Source: Octopus vulgaris (lineage: Eukaryota). From it: 64,000 nt of DNA. The notes under the pieces were generated by a model. That model was not told where the DNA came from and did no database searches. It saw only the letters and a list, made by a program, of their open reading frames with translations. Positions 11,580-25,045 of this stretch are shown one piece after another. Where the stretch lies: NCBI GenBank assembly GCA_951406725.2, contig OX597814.1:221092001-221156000 (forward strand), read 5' to 3'. Made by a program: the position numbers and the translations under genes. Position 1 is the stretch's first letter. Each line of letters opens with the position of its first letter.

Positions 11580-12382
11580 GATAACATTTTTGAAATCTAT
11601 AAGTTGTTCAAATGTGTACGTCCATAGGATTAGGCAGTCATTTAAGTGACGCTTCCAGTTATGTAGTAGATATTTGTGGAAGTTCAAGCCATATATTAAT
11701 TTAGATTGTTCATATATCTGGATCACACTGTATGACATGACTAGACTGGCGTAAGTCGGAGCAACTTTTGCCATCATCGCAGTCCTAGATATTTGTTTGT
11801 AAATATTGCCACGGAAGTCAAAAAAGTTGTTTCCGAGGATAAACTTTAATCCTTCAGTGATGAAACTCTTTTTTCAATTCAGTCCGGAATTTCATGAGAG
11901 AAGATCTCATGCCAGAAATTTATTGCCTCTAGTCTATACTGGTGTGGGATTGTGGTATATAGATTTACCACATCAAATGATACAATAGTGGTATCATTGT
12001 TTATGGATTTTGAGAGGTGGTTTAACAGATCCATGCCGTCCCTCAGAAAACTTGGTATGTGTTTTAAAATAGGTTTCAGTAATATATCTAAAAAGTTGCT
12101 GAGTCTGTGTGTTTCACAGTTCGGGCCTGCTACGATTGGTCTAAATTTAAGGTCGGTGAGATATTGTATGTTTATGCAACTTGAAGTTGGTTCTTTACAT
12201 GCATTCTTAATAGATTGATTCTTATAGATTTTTGGGAGACCGTAGAAGTAACTAGTCATACAATCAAAATAGATTAGGTAGACACATTCTTTGGTTCATA
12301 AACCTTCTTGATGTCTGTGAATGAGTGTGTTCAGTTTAGTCATTGTCTTTGATTTTTGGGTATTATTTATCTTTTCGTAGTG

Positions 12383-12424
<42 letters not shown>

Positions 12425-12436
12425 TATATATATATA

Positions 12437-13159
12437 TCTCTTATGATAAAAGGCAGATTTTATCTGCCTCCCAAACCGTTTGTTTATTATACAAATCTAC
12501 AATATAGAATTTCTTCAATTAGAATTTACCTATCATTTTTACGAGTAGAATCCATCGGGTCGTGGCAGGTACAGTTTTTCCAATTTCACCCCCAATTAAA
12601 CAAAAATTCGAGAAAACTCAATATTTTTAGATTTCCCTCTTTCATTTAAACTGCTTCACTCCTACCATTACCACCACACTTTCTGCTACTTTCTCTTTGC
12701 AAGTCTGCAATCATGCTATCACCCTAATTTCTCCTACTTTCTCTTTGTAAGTGTACTTTAAACCACTACTCAAAAAAAAAAAAATACACAGCAAACAGAA
12801 ACAGATAAATACATAACGATTTACTCCTCACACAATTTCTTCAATTAGAGTTTACCTATGATTTTTCCAAGTACTTCCATTCGGTCATGGCATACAAAAT
12901 TTCTTTCAATTTGACCTCCAATTAAGAAAAAATTCGAGAAAACTCAATATTTTACCATTTCACTCGTTCACTTCAAAGCCTTTACTCTGCTTATTACTCC
13001 CACTTCCTCTTTACACACATAGACACGCAAATATAACACGCAAATATATACATATATGTCAGTGTCAATTGTTGAAATAAAATTGTAAGCTTACGTGTGT
13101 GTGTGTGTGTGTGTGTGTGACAGGGATAAGCCATTCAGGCTGGTCATCCTTTTTGCTAG
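12437..13159 (+). mobile_element. Probable non-autonomous Helitron with internal ~120-bp diverged duplication
   Basis: 5' end A|TC at 12437; the 3' hairpin AGGGAT..AGCC..GGCT..ATCCTT is followed by CTAG (13156-13159). Internal repeats at ~12508-12627 and ~12834-12953. Confidence 0.5.
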
Positions 13160-13462
13160 AAGAAGATCCCCTGTGGTCTTATATGCTACACCACTGGTTT
13201 TAAATTCATATTAATCAAATTAATATTCAATTTTTCACCCTTATTATGTGTGTGTATATTAGCGATTCGTATACAATTGCATCAATGACTTGAACTTGAA
13301 TAAGTGGTTTCACATAAATGGGGATAAATTAAAAAGGTTTGTTGTTATTATTATTACTGTTTGACTATTGTAATCACGTTTGTTGGTTCCTCACCAGGAA
13401 ACGTTGTTGTGTTGCATTTGTTAAAAAATATATATATGTATATGTATATATATATGTGTCTA

Positions 13463-13517
<55 letters not shown>

Positions 13518-13531
13518 CATATATATTGTAC

Positions 13532-13599
<68 letters not shown>

Positions 13600-13620
13600 A
13601 TATATACATATATATATATA

Positions 13621-14479
13621 CACTACGAAAATCATGTCTTGTCTTTACGAACGAAGTGAAAAAAGGAAAGTAGATTGCCTTTCGTCATGTGTCAGCGACA
13701 TGGAGGAGGAGTGAGAAGAGGAATGTTTTTTATGTTGCCTGTCTCCTTTATCTGTTTGTTTGTTTTTTCGTTGTTCGAAAAATAGTTCGTTTTTGTTTTT
13801 GTTTTTGTTTTCTCATTGTGTCTACGTTTTTTGATGTCCTGTACCCATATATGCATGTATACATACATATATATATGTATGTATATATGCATATATTTAA
13901 ATATTATTCATATTTTCATATGATCGAACGCCACGCATCCTTTTCCAAGTAAGTTTTATCTTAATAGTTACGATGCGCACTCTTCTGACTCTTCTATCAT
14001 TTCTCTGTCTATCTATCTTCCGTCTCTTGTTCTTCTTCCTTTCTAGCTTTCCCTATTCTTCTCCTCTACCCTTCACCATTCCCTCCCTCTCTCTCACTCT
14101 TCCTCCTTGACTTTTTCGTCGCTGCCACGTGAGGAAAGGTGGTCTATTTTCTTTCTTTCACTTCCTTCGCAAAGACAAGACGTACTTTTACCTGTCTCTT
14201 CTCATAGCTAGTCTTTCCAGCCCTCATTGTTTGTTTGTCTTGTTCTCACTTACCTGTTTTTGTTACCACTTTCATCCTCCGCAAAAAATCCCAAATTTTA
14301 TTTAATTTGCTTTGCGGGAAGGACTGTTTCAACGGAGTCGCGTATTGTCCTTACCTTCGCAATGCGGAGTAGATGAAACATTGACAACTGATGAAGGGGA
14401 ATGTTCTTTATGTTGCGTATCTCGTTTCTCTGTTTTTTTTTGTTCGAAAAACGTTCGTTTTCTATGTTTTTGCTTTTAT

Positions 14480-14541
<62 letters not shown>

Positions 14542-14631
14542 AGGTATGTATATATGTATATATGCATGTATTTATATATTATTTATATTATTATATGATC
14601 GAACGCCACGCATCTTTTTCCAAGTAAGTTA
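13621..14631 (+). mobile_element. PLE pseudo-LTR-like composite (direct and inverted repeats) in (TA)n
   Basis: 13715-13955 is a direct repeat of 14393-14630, and 13628-13699 is an inverted copy of 14118-14189. An HHR-like remnant CTGATGA (14388) ... GAAAAACGTTC is present. Confidence 0.6.
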
Positions 14632-15073
14632 TATATATATATATATGTATATATATGTTTCGATACATATATACATGTATACGTATTGAATAGTTTCTTG
14701 TCTTTGTCATCTCCTGTGTAAGTAAGCTATCATGAAGCGATGTTGCTACGCAGTTTCAGTTTTTCAATTTTTCGATGTAGACACTAAGTTTAACTTACTT
14801 TGTGTATCCCTTCTGCAAATGATATGTTACCATAAAGTCAGAATCCGAAAACCCTGTAACTTCGAACATTTGAGCATATATATATATATATATATATAGA
14901 TAACGTAAAGTATAGAAGCCATCTTATCATGGCTAACCACATTGGGGAGGGGGTGTTACTGTAGCTTTATAGCTCCAAGAGATCTTCGTCTCTACCTGGC
15001 TTTAGACACAATATCTGTGTCCTTGGAGTATTTGCAAAGGGAGGCCATCTCTTCCTCGCAAGCCTGAGTGATA

Positions 15074-15116
15074 CGCTCGAACTAGTTTCAGGATTGTTGT
15101 CCCTCGTCAACGGGCG
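15074..15116 (-). ncRNA. Minimal type-I hammerhead ribozyme motif, copy 1
   Basis: Minus strand reads CGCCCG TTGACGA GGGA-CAACAA-TCCT GAAA CTAG TT CGAGCG. Confidence 0.75.
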
Positions 15117-15456
15117 GTAACCACCAGGTAGCGATGAAAGAGAAAGCTCCTTTGCAAATAGATATAAGTTTTTCTAATGGCGTCTGCCACTGATGTCGAA
15201 AAACGAACAGTAAGCATAATTAAATCTCAGAATGAGATTGAAACAGTAATCGCTCGATAACGTAAAGTATAGAAGCCATCTTATCATGGCTAACCACATT
15301 GGGGAGGGGGTGTTACTGTAGTTTTATAGCCCCAAGAGATCTCCGTCTCTAGCTGGCTTTAGACACAATATCTGTGTCCTTGGACACAGACGCCATTAGA
15401 AAAACGTATATCTATTTGCAAAGGAGCCTTCTCTTTCATCGCTACCTGGTGGTTAC

Positions 15457-15499
15457 CGCCCGTTGACGAGGGACAAAAATCCCGAAACTAGTTCGAGCG
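15457..15499 (+). ncRNA. Minimal type-I hammerhead ribozyme motif, copy 2
   Basis: CGCCCG TTGACGA GGGA-CAAAAA-TCCC GAAA CTAG TT CGAGCG. Stem I has 5/6 pairs, stem II 4 bp, stem III is the palindrome ACTAGT, and the GUU site implies cleavage after 15493. Confidence 0.8.
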
Positions 15500-16494
15500 T
15501 ATCACTCAGGCTTGCGAGGAAGGGATGGCCTCCCTTTGCAAATACTCCAAGGACACAGATATTGTGTCTAAAGCCAGCTAGAGACGAAGATCTCTTGGGG
15601 CTATAAAGCTACAGTAACACCCCCTCCCCAATGTGGTTAGCCATGATAAGATGGCTTCTATACTTTACGTTATCGAGCGATTACTGTTTCAATCTCATTC
15701 TGAGATTTAATTATGCTATATATAGATATATATATAGGAAATATTTTCCCTTGTGAAGTAGACTGGAGATAGCTAAGATAATGGAGCGCCAGATGAGTTT
15801 GCCAGTTCTTCCCTTTCAGTTATACTCTTGAGTAAAGTATATATTTCCCTAACAACTATTTTTATGTTTTACTGATACGAACCAATATTTTTCATTGTCA
15901 TTCTATCAAGTACACAATTCTTTGAAGAATCCTTGTTTCAGATATAACTTTCATTCTGCACATCAGCTCGGAAACTAAATCCGTTTGTCCCCGCTCCTTT
16001 ACCTAAAACACTTCTCATAATACTGTCAGCACAATCTATCATGTACGAACGCATAGTTTGCATAGCAGAGATTATATTTAACTAACATTTTTTCTGTAAT
16101 TTCATATATGTTCATGAAAGTTTGTCTATTCACAGAAAAGTCAGGAATTACTATACCACATTCACACATTCGTATAGGTTTCCGTAACCCAAACTACTAG
16201 ACCTTAAACTCGAAGTGTAACTTATTTTCAACAAGAGTAAAGGTAATAGTGATAGGCAGTAGTGATAAACTCTGCGTCACCTGGGCTTGTGATACTGGTT
16301 GGATATTTTAACCCATTCTACCCAACTGAGCATACCTCTGATCAAAGGTACTTCAGCTATGAACGTCCTGTTGTTTCTCAGGCATAATATATCTAAGACT
16401 ACAATACCCAATGTATACATTACATTTTAAGGCGAAACATGTATGATCTGTGAAAATTTTTTATACTATATCTTACGGGTCATTTCAATGATAT

Positions 16495-16695
16495 ATATTT
16501 ATTGCCCACAAGAGGTTAAACATAAAGGCGACAAACAAGGAAAGACAAAGGGATTACGTCGATTACATCGATCCCAGTGCGTAACTGGTACTTATTTACT
16601 CGACCCCGAAAGGATAAAAAACAAAGTCGACCTCGGCTGAATTTGAACTCAGAATTTCGCCTGGTGTGCTAACGATTCTGTCAGCTCGTCACCCT
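16495..16695 (-). mobile_element. SINE group B with internal deletion
   Basis: ATTGCCCACAAGAGG...GTCGACCTCGGCTGAATTTGAACTCAGAA...CAGCTCG. Confidence 0.85.
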
Positions 16696-17276
16696 TCATT
16701 TCTATGATATTCTTGTTTTGTTACTTCCCAAAACTCAGCAGCTACGCCAAAAGAGGTCTTTTTCCTATCTACCAGAGATGTCCTCTTCAGCAACCTGTCT
16801 TGCCTCGTGGTTGTACACGTCTTGCAAACTCGTCCTTTACAGTTTTTGAAAGAATTGTTTTTATTGTACCTTTTGATGGACACCATTTCTCGAACATTTC
16901 AATTTTCTTGCAATTTCAACTTGAGAGAATCTTTCTCTAGATAATGCAATGATTTGAGCCCTCTCCTGGTATAAAATTATAATAAGGCCCTCGTATCAGG
17001 GTTAATATACTCAGTAGGCATTCAGAAGTTAAGATATTTGAGAGAAAGTACTACACACAAACGATGGTTGGCTCGAATGTAATGCAATAGCAGCCATAAC
17101 TATTTTTCTTATTAACTGACAAAAGTCGTTTATATTGCACATATCAATTGACTAACACTTCCTCTGTCGTAACTTTCTTCCTGTTCTTCACTGCGGGCTA
17201 AAAGTGGGTTTTAAGAAGTACCGTGCTGTTCAGTTCTTGACGAAATACAGATTAAAGAATAAAAAAAATGCGAGCC

Positions 17277-17549
<273 letters not shown>

Positions 17550-18430
17550 TATAATTTATAAAAATTGATCAGATAAGAAGAGTGGAGTGAGAGAATAGAT
17601 GTCTTCCATTTGTTGACAGTTGTTTCGCAACCTTTGTTATTTACATAAGCGACACTACATTATGCGTCACACATATATAAATAAATATACATAAACCTAA
17701 TTGTGTCGTAGCATACTGAACAAACTATACATCATGTATGTATGTATATATTCATTTATGTATGTATGTATGTATGTATGTATGTATTTATGCATGTATC
17801 TATGTATGTATTTATGTATGTATGTATGTATCTTTTTCTGAATGTTTATTTGTATAATTCAGAAGAGCATTTCACTTTTTCTTTCTCTTTACATTGCTAT
17901 CTTGAAAGCACTTCAATTTTTAGCTTTTCTATCATTTCTTTTCATATTTTTGTACGTATTCCTTGCAGACTATCTGGAATAGTAAAGCTCTTCAAATAAT
18001 CAAAATCGTTTATAAACATTTACATTTTGACCTTGAGAACGAAGGGATGTGGGAGGGTGTTGCTACCTAGCAGGGAGAGAAAATCTGATTGGTTTAAGCA
18101 TTATCAAAGGAATAGATTTTTTTTTTGCTTTTAAGTTTATGCTTCGGCAGTCAGCTGTTTATCTTTGTTTGTGATTAATGTACTATTACCGTTGTTTGGC
18201 CTCTCACAATGACAGGATGAAGTTCAGTGACCCAAAGCAGAAATTAACACATAGAGGTCAAAATTTCAGGCCGTTAATGTCTACGGCAATTGAATTGCCT
18301 CAGCCTTTCTATTAAGAGGCATCAACACACGGTAACATCACTTTATTCATCGACAAGGAGAGACCATGAAGGTCTAGAGAAGCTGATAATGGATTTGCAA
18401 ACATTATAGTTCCAAACAAACTATGAGGAA

Positions 18431-18526
<96 letters not shown>

Positions 18527-18596
18527 CATACATGTATATATATATATGTATATATAAATATATATTATATGTGTGTGTTATATATATATATATTAT

Positions 18597-18631
<35 letters not shown>

Positions 18632-18980
18632 CATATATATATATATGTATATAGATATATGAATATCTATGTATATATATATATGTATATATAAATATAT
18701 ATTATATGTGTGTGTTTATTTTCATACATACATATACACATACATACATATATATATGCTTGTATACATATATATACATGCATATACACACATATATGTG
18801 CATATATGTATACACATGGATATATAACCATATATATTTATCTTCATAGAAATGTACATGGATCTCTCTATTTGACTGTCTGCGTATCTTCTATCTATCT
18901 ATCTATCTATCTAATGTTATATCTATTTATCTATCTATCTATCAATGCACACACACACATATACAGATATAAACACTCAC

Positions 18981-19023
<43 letters not shown>

Positions 19024-19651
19024 CATTCATACAGACATACGTACAAACACGCATCTACAAAAAAAGGATAAAATCTATTACACATAAATCTCCAAGTAAA
19101 TATCTGTAATTCCATTTGTTCATACGCATTCTGGAATATAGCATTACGTCTATGCTCTCTTATTTCATTCTTCGCTATATACGATCTGTTTGTACAGGAA
19201 TCATATTTACGTATCAATATCACCATTCAATTCGTGCTTTAATTATATCATTGAAATGAATATCTCTGTAGCATGTACACAACGTTATGTTACTATTTCT
19301 TATTATTTATTCTGTTAGGCTCTTTTCTTTTTCAAATTAATCTTCCAATATAAAGAAGGAGAAATAAACGATGACATCTAAAATAATGACTACAAACGTC
19401 TGCCGTTATAAAACGAAATAGTTATCTCGTCTTTGACATTACGCAGCTTTGATGCGCAGTCTCACCAACTGTCAGAATCGAAAACTTCTTGTTACATCGC
19501 GGATGCTATAGCTTATCAGATGAAATGCTATTTTCGAGATTTAAAATATCCATTATTTTATGCTCAAATTATTGGCTATTATATCTATAATTGAACATTA
19601 TATATAGTAATATATGTATGTATGTATGTGTGTGTGTATGTATATACATAA

Positions 19652-19700
<49 letters not shown>

Positions 19701-19802
19701 TATGTATATGCACATATATTTATATGTATATACATATATATGCATTTAAATATACACTCACATGTATATAAGTATGCATATACATACACATATATATAAG
19801 TA

Positions 19803-19907
<105 letters not shown>

Positions 19908-19998
19908 ATATAACAGCTCCACAAACATTTTAACTAGCCTAAAATATATCTATATCTCTATATATACTTAGCTATATATGTATATATATATATATATG

Positions 19999-20058
<60 letters not shown>

Positions 20059-20603
20059 CATATATGCATATACACTCACGCACACATGCGCGTATGTAAA
20101 TTAACGGATTACAGCTATTGATTGCTTTTGTTCAAACAGAAAATTGAACGATGTGTGAGATTTCAACCGCCTACACTTTACATTCGTTCCTTCTTCCTTC
20201 TTTCTTTCATTCATTCAATTGAATGTATTTTCATCTCTATTTAAGTCTATCTTAACTTATTCTCTCTATTCCTAACACTTACTCTCTACACATTTCCGTA
20301 TTCTTTCTCTCTCAGCCGAATGCGTAATCGTGTAATAGACCTGACATCGTAATTTATAGTACCTTGTTTGCTATTTTACTGCTTCTAGTGAGAGACGAAA
20401 ATACCGGATACGCTATTATTTTACATCTCTGCCATATTTTCCCTTATTACTCGTCTTAGATTCTGGCTAAAAATATAAAATATCTTCTTATTAAAAGAAT
20501 TCTTATCTGGTAATGCAAAGTCTATATTTGCGTTATTATAACTTTCAGAAAACTATCTTTCACCACACACGGCGTGTTCTTATAAATAATTAATTTACAT
20601 TAC

Positions 20604-20768
20604 AGGTGCAGACATGGCTGTGTGCTGAAGAATTTAGTTTCACAATCGTTTGGTTTCAGGGTCAGTTCTACTGCACGTCAGCTTTTGAGAGTGTTTCTTA
20701 CTATAGCTCCGAGTTCACTGATGCTCTGTGAGTTAGTTTGGTCGACAGCGTTGAAAACCGTTGATTGT
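20604..20768 (+). mobile_element. SINE group A, 5' half, diverged; followed by (TATG)n/(TATC)n
   Basis: AGGTGCAGACATGGCTGTGTG...GTGTTTCTTACTATAGCTCCG. Confidence 0.7.
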
Positions 20769-20916
20769 ATGTATGTATGTATGTATGTATTTATGTATGT
20801 ATGTATGTATGTATGTATGTATGTATGTATGTATGTATGTATGTATGTGTGTGTTTGTATGTACGTATGCATTATGTATGTATGCATGTATGTATGTATG
20901 TATGTATGTATGTATG

Positions 20917-20998
<82 letters not shown>

Positions 20999-21258
20999 AC
21001 CATCTATAAGATATTACAAATTTGGGATTTTACCAAAGGGACCACAACTTCAATTTCAGGACAACCTTATTTTCTGGAGTACACATAAAATGTTTCATCC
21101 AAAATACTAATATAATAATATAATCATTTTAAACCCTACTATAACGTACAATAAAATAAAGTACATTAGAATTAATTAAAAATTATTTACACATATTTTA
21201 AAAAATATCTGTACCTTTCCTGCTATTAGTCTGTGGGTAAAGAAGATAAATTTAATCA

Positions 21259-21340
21259 ACGCTACACGTGTTTCTGCCCTGGTGGTTTGTTTTACCAGGC
21301 TATACCTAATACACAAATCCATCAGTGCGTCCTCAGGGTA
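21259..21340 (-). ncRNA. Degenerate hammerhead-like motif
   Basis: Minus strand reads CTGAGGA CGCACTGATGG...CCACCAGGGCA GAAA CACGTG TA. Stem III is palindromic and the site is GUA, but stem I is poor. Confidence 0.4.
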
Positions 21341-21405
21341 TTTTTCTTTTTATTGTTATTATTAACGGATCCAACTTAATCATACAAATTCTTCATTAAA
21401 AATAA

Positions 21406-21439
<34 letters not shown>

Positions 21440-21556
21440 TCCTAATATATTTTTATAAATTATAAAATCAAAAAATTCATAAAAATTTAATAAAATTAAA
21501 CACCTAAAAATATAATATATATATATATATAAATTCCTAATATTTTTATAATAACG

Positions 21557-21594
<38 letters not shown>

Positions 21595-22042
21595 AGTGCA
21601 AAACTAAAAGAAACCCTCATCGACTATTTTATAACCATGTCAAATTAAACCGCCAATCTATATAAACTTTACGGGAATTAATAATTTTTTGTGAAATTTA
21701 CCTCTATCAATACTAGAATATATTACCATTATCATGTCAAACGTAAGTTAATAATATTTAAAAAGTAAAACACCTCCATATAAGTTATAAATTTATTGAA
21801 TAAAAGTAGTGAATAAAAGTATTTACCACAATTAAGAAAGGAAGAATACTTATCTGCATGTTTACTCCTTCTTTAACCTGCGCAAATGGTAAAATCTCAA
21901 ATTTTTAATAATATTATAATTGATACTGTTTGCTTTGCATTAGTAAAGTGTAAAACAGTAAATATCCTGATAACCTGGAATAATTATTATTCTGTAAGTT
22001 TTTAAAAAACACACACACACACGCGCGCACACACACATATAT

Positions 22043-22592
<550 letters not shown>

Positions 22593-23271
22593 CTTTATGA
22601 CTTGTATTACTACCTCAGTCAATCTTAATGTATATATTTGTCGCTACCTGTCATAAATAGCCTTTTTCTATTTGCAATATGCATTTTCGTTGACTTTTCA
22701 TATTTTACCCTCACATTTCCACGTGTATTTTATATTTTCTTTTCGTAACATATTTCTATTATATATATATATATATACACACACACACAGAGTAATCCCT
22801 TTTTTGTGTACGTGTGTGTGTGTGCGTATATAGACGTGTGTGGGTATGCGCATACATAGACGTGTGTGTGTGTGCGCGTGCATACGAGTATGTGCGTATA
22901 TAGACGTGTTTTACTTTTATTGCTTATTTTTTTATACATATTTTGCCTTTAGCTCTGTTTTTTCTTTTGCATGTGCGTATACAGACGTGTGTAGGAACCT
23001 TTTCTTGTGCGCGTATGTGTGCGAGCGAACGTGTATGCGGGTATGTATATATTTTTTGGCGAATGTTTGGGTGAGCATGTGTGTGTTTCAAGTGAGGGTG
23101 GATGAATATTTACTTATAAGCGCATGTACCATGAACATTTTTACTCCCTTACCTTTACCCCTCCCCTCACTTAGCGGTCATTCAAATAGCTCTTTTGTCT
23201 TAATAACGGTCAACCACACAGTAATTTCCATTTGTTTAACGGTCATTTTCATAGCATTTTTTCGATGGCCG

Positions 23272-23332
23272 GATAACTAAAGAGATGGCGGCGTGGGTTT
23301 CCACCCGGACATCCGAAACTCAGAGTTTTATC
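23272..23332 (+). ncRNA. Hammerhead-like motif with G5A substitution
   Basis: GATAA CTAAAGA GATG...CATC C GAAA CTCAGAG TT TTATC. Stem I is GATAA/TTATC and stem III is CTC/GAG. Confidence 0.55.
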
Positions 23333-23454
23333 ATGACTACCGAATGATTGTCACATTATATTTACGGATAAATTCCTCTATTTACATAATATCGTGGTCT
23401 CTTTCATTCTTTTGTTGTCTTACCATTTCTATCAATATATATATGTATGTATAT

Positions 23455-23517
<63 letters not shown>

Positions 23518-23518
23518 T

Positions 23519-23549
<31 letters not shown>

Positions 23550-24119
23550 GTGCATGGGTGTAGGTGTCAAATGGATACGGCAAAAGCTGTTGTATGGTAC
23601 TTGTCCAATGATAAAAATAAGGTAAGAAATAACTGAAACGATTACACACACATACGTGCACACATATACACACTCGCACAAATACACATATATACAAACA
23701 GACACACGCTCATAATCTCACATGCACACACACACACACTCACACACGCACCCACACACGCATACACACACAGATAAACTCACACGCGCATACACACACA
23801 CTCACACATGCACCCACACACGCATACACACACACACACAAGTTCATATAATACTATATTGTGTTGATTTGTCGTGCGGAATAAAAGACACTGATATTTC
23901 GCTCCTTGGCCTTCGTTTCTTCCGAGATAAAAATAAATAAGCATTTTGCCACGTTGGTAGTGTAAGTGCGATAGAAAGGAGTAATGTGAAGTCACTGAAG
24001 GCAATAATAAGGAAAAAGCTATCCATGTGTGATGTGAGTAGTGTGGGAGATGTACGAACGGGAAATTAAAGTTGACAGCTGGCTAAGTGGGGAAATTTTG
24101 CAACACGATACAGACCAGC

Positions 24120-25045
24120 TGAAACTGGGGTGTATTCAGAACCTGATCAGATGACTCCTCCCTTTTTCAGCACATGATAATTCATCTGAAGGATATTTCC
24201 AAAACTTGTGGCTTTTCAAGTCAAAACGAACAGTGTATTGCAAACTTCCGGGTTGTATCAAAATGTCATTCAGTGAAATCAAAGTATTCGACACTATTCT
24301 CGATAACTTGCCGCATTGCATAATCCAATACAATTGTAAACGGGTAGATCTAGCCCCTTGTAGCATCCCAGCTAGCATTTTAAAGAATTCTGTTTTCCCG
24401 TCAGATGACAACATACGCTCTCTGGTCTTCTCATAGTTCTTTGCAATGGTAAAATCTAGTTTTATGGAATGCCATATGCTCCAAGGATCTTCAGTATTTT
24501 GTAACGATGAATGCTGTTAAACGCTTTACTGAAGTCCACAAAGGCTATAATGGCAGGTGGCTGTCTGTCTTTCTATGGTGCTCCAAATTGTCCAGGCAAA
24601 TCAAAACCATGCTGTTCATTTTAACTGTCGAATCAGTGTTATATAAGGGTGAAATATGGAGACTGACAAAGAAATTATCAAATGGGCTAAATGCATGCTA
24701 CAGAAGGATGATACGAATGGCCTTAAATGTGAAATGATAGCAACATATGACAAATAAATACCTTTATGGGGACCTGCTGAAAGTCAGTGAGAAGATCAGG
24801 CAAAAACAGCTACAACTGTCTGGTCACTGCGTGTTGCCACTCTGAACTGGACACATGCAAATTAATCTTGTGGAACCCACTTCAGGATGATGCAAAGAAA
24901 ACGTTGTCACACATCGATAACTTAATTACAGACTCTGGCTTGAAGTGTATCCAGGACACACAGGCAATGATGATGTACCGAAAAGTGTGGCGAGTGGACC
25001 ATGTTGCTACGGCCCGGGTTGGGACCTGGCAATAATGATTATAAT
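24120..25045. mobile_element. RTE-like LINE 3' portion with inverted 5' segment
   Basis: Minus 24120-24506 gives SDGKTEFFKMLAGMLQG..PFTIVLDYAMRQ (RT). Plus 24507-25035 gives WCSKLSRQIK..TVESVLY..WRLTKKL..CYRRMIRMALNV..LSGHC (C-terminus). Confidence 0.8.

Larger units (their letters stand above)
9600..12380 (-). mobile_element. Penelope-like retroelement (RT + Cys-rich linker + GIY-YIG), pseudogenised, 5'-truncated
   Basis: ORF 11879-12259: FYGLPKIYK, RPIVAGPNCETHRLS, SFDVVNLYTTIPH. ORF 11478-11777: APTYASLVM, WKRHLNDC (decayed YIDD). At ~10250-10590: KCGSPNYGICINL..FTCSTRNLICAIIC..LRKRLTIH (GIY-YIG, Neptune-like linker). Interrupted by a SINE. Confidence 0.9.
14899..15717. mobile_element. 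357-bp non-coding HHR-containing repeat (retrozyme-like): ~1.35 tandem copies plus one inverted copy
   Basis: GATAACGTAAAG recurs at 14899 and 15256 (period 357). 15387-15717 is the reverse complement of a circularly permuted monomer. (TA)n flanks both sides and there is no ORF. Confidence 0.85.

Noticed and set aside
15211-15255. Second, opposite-polarity HHR in the 357-nt unit (hairpin followed by GAAACAGTA)
   Set aside because: No YUGANGA-like core precedes the hairpin.
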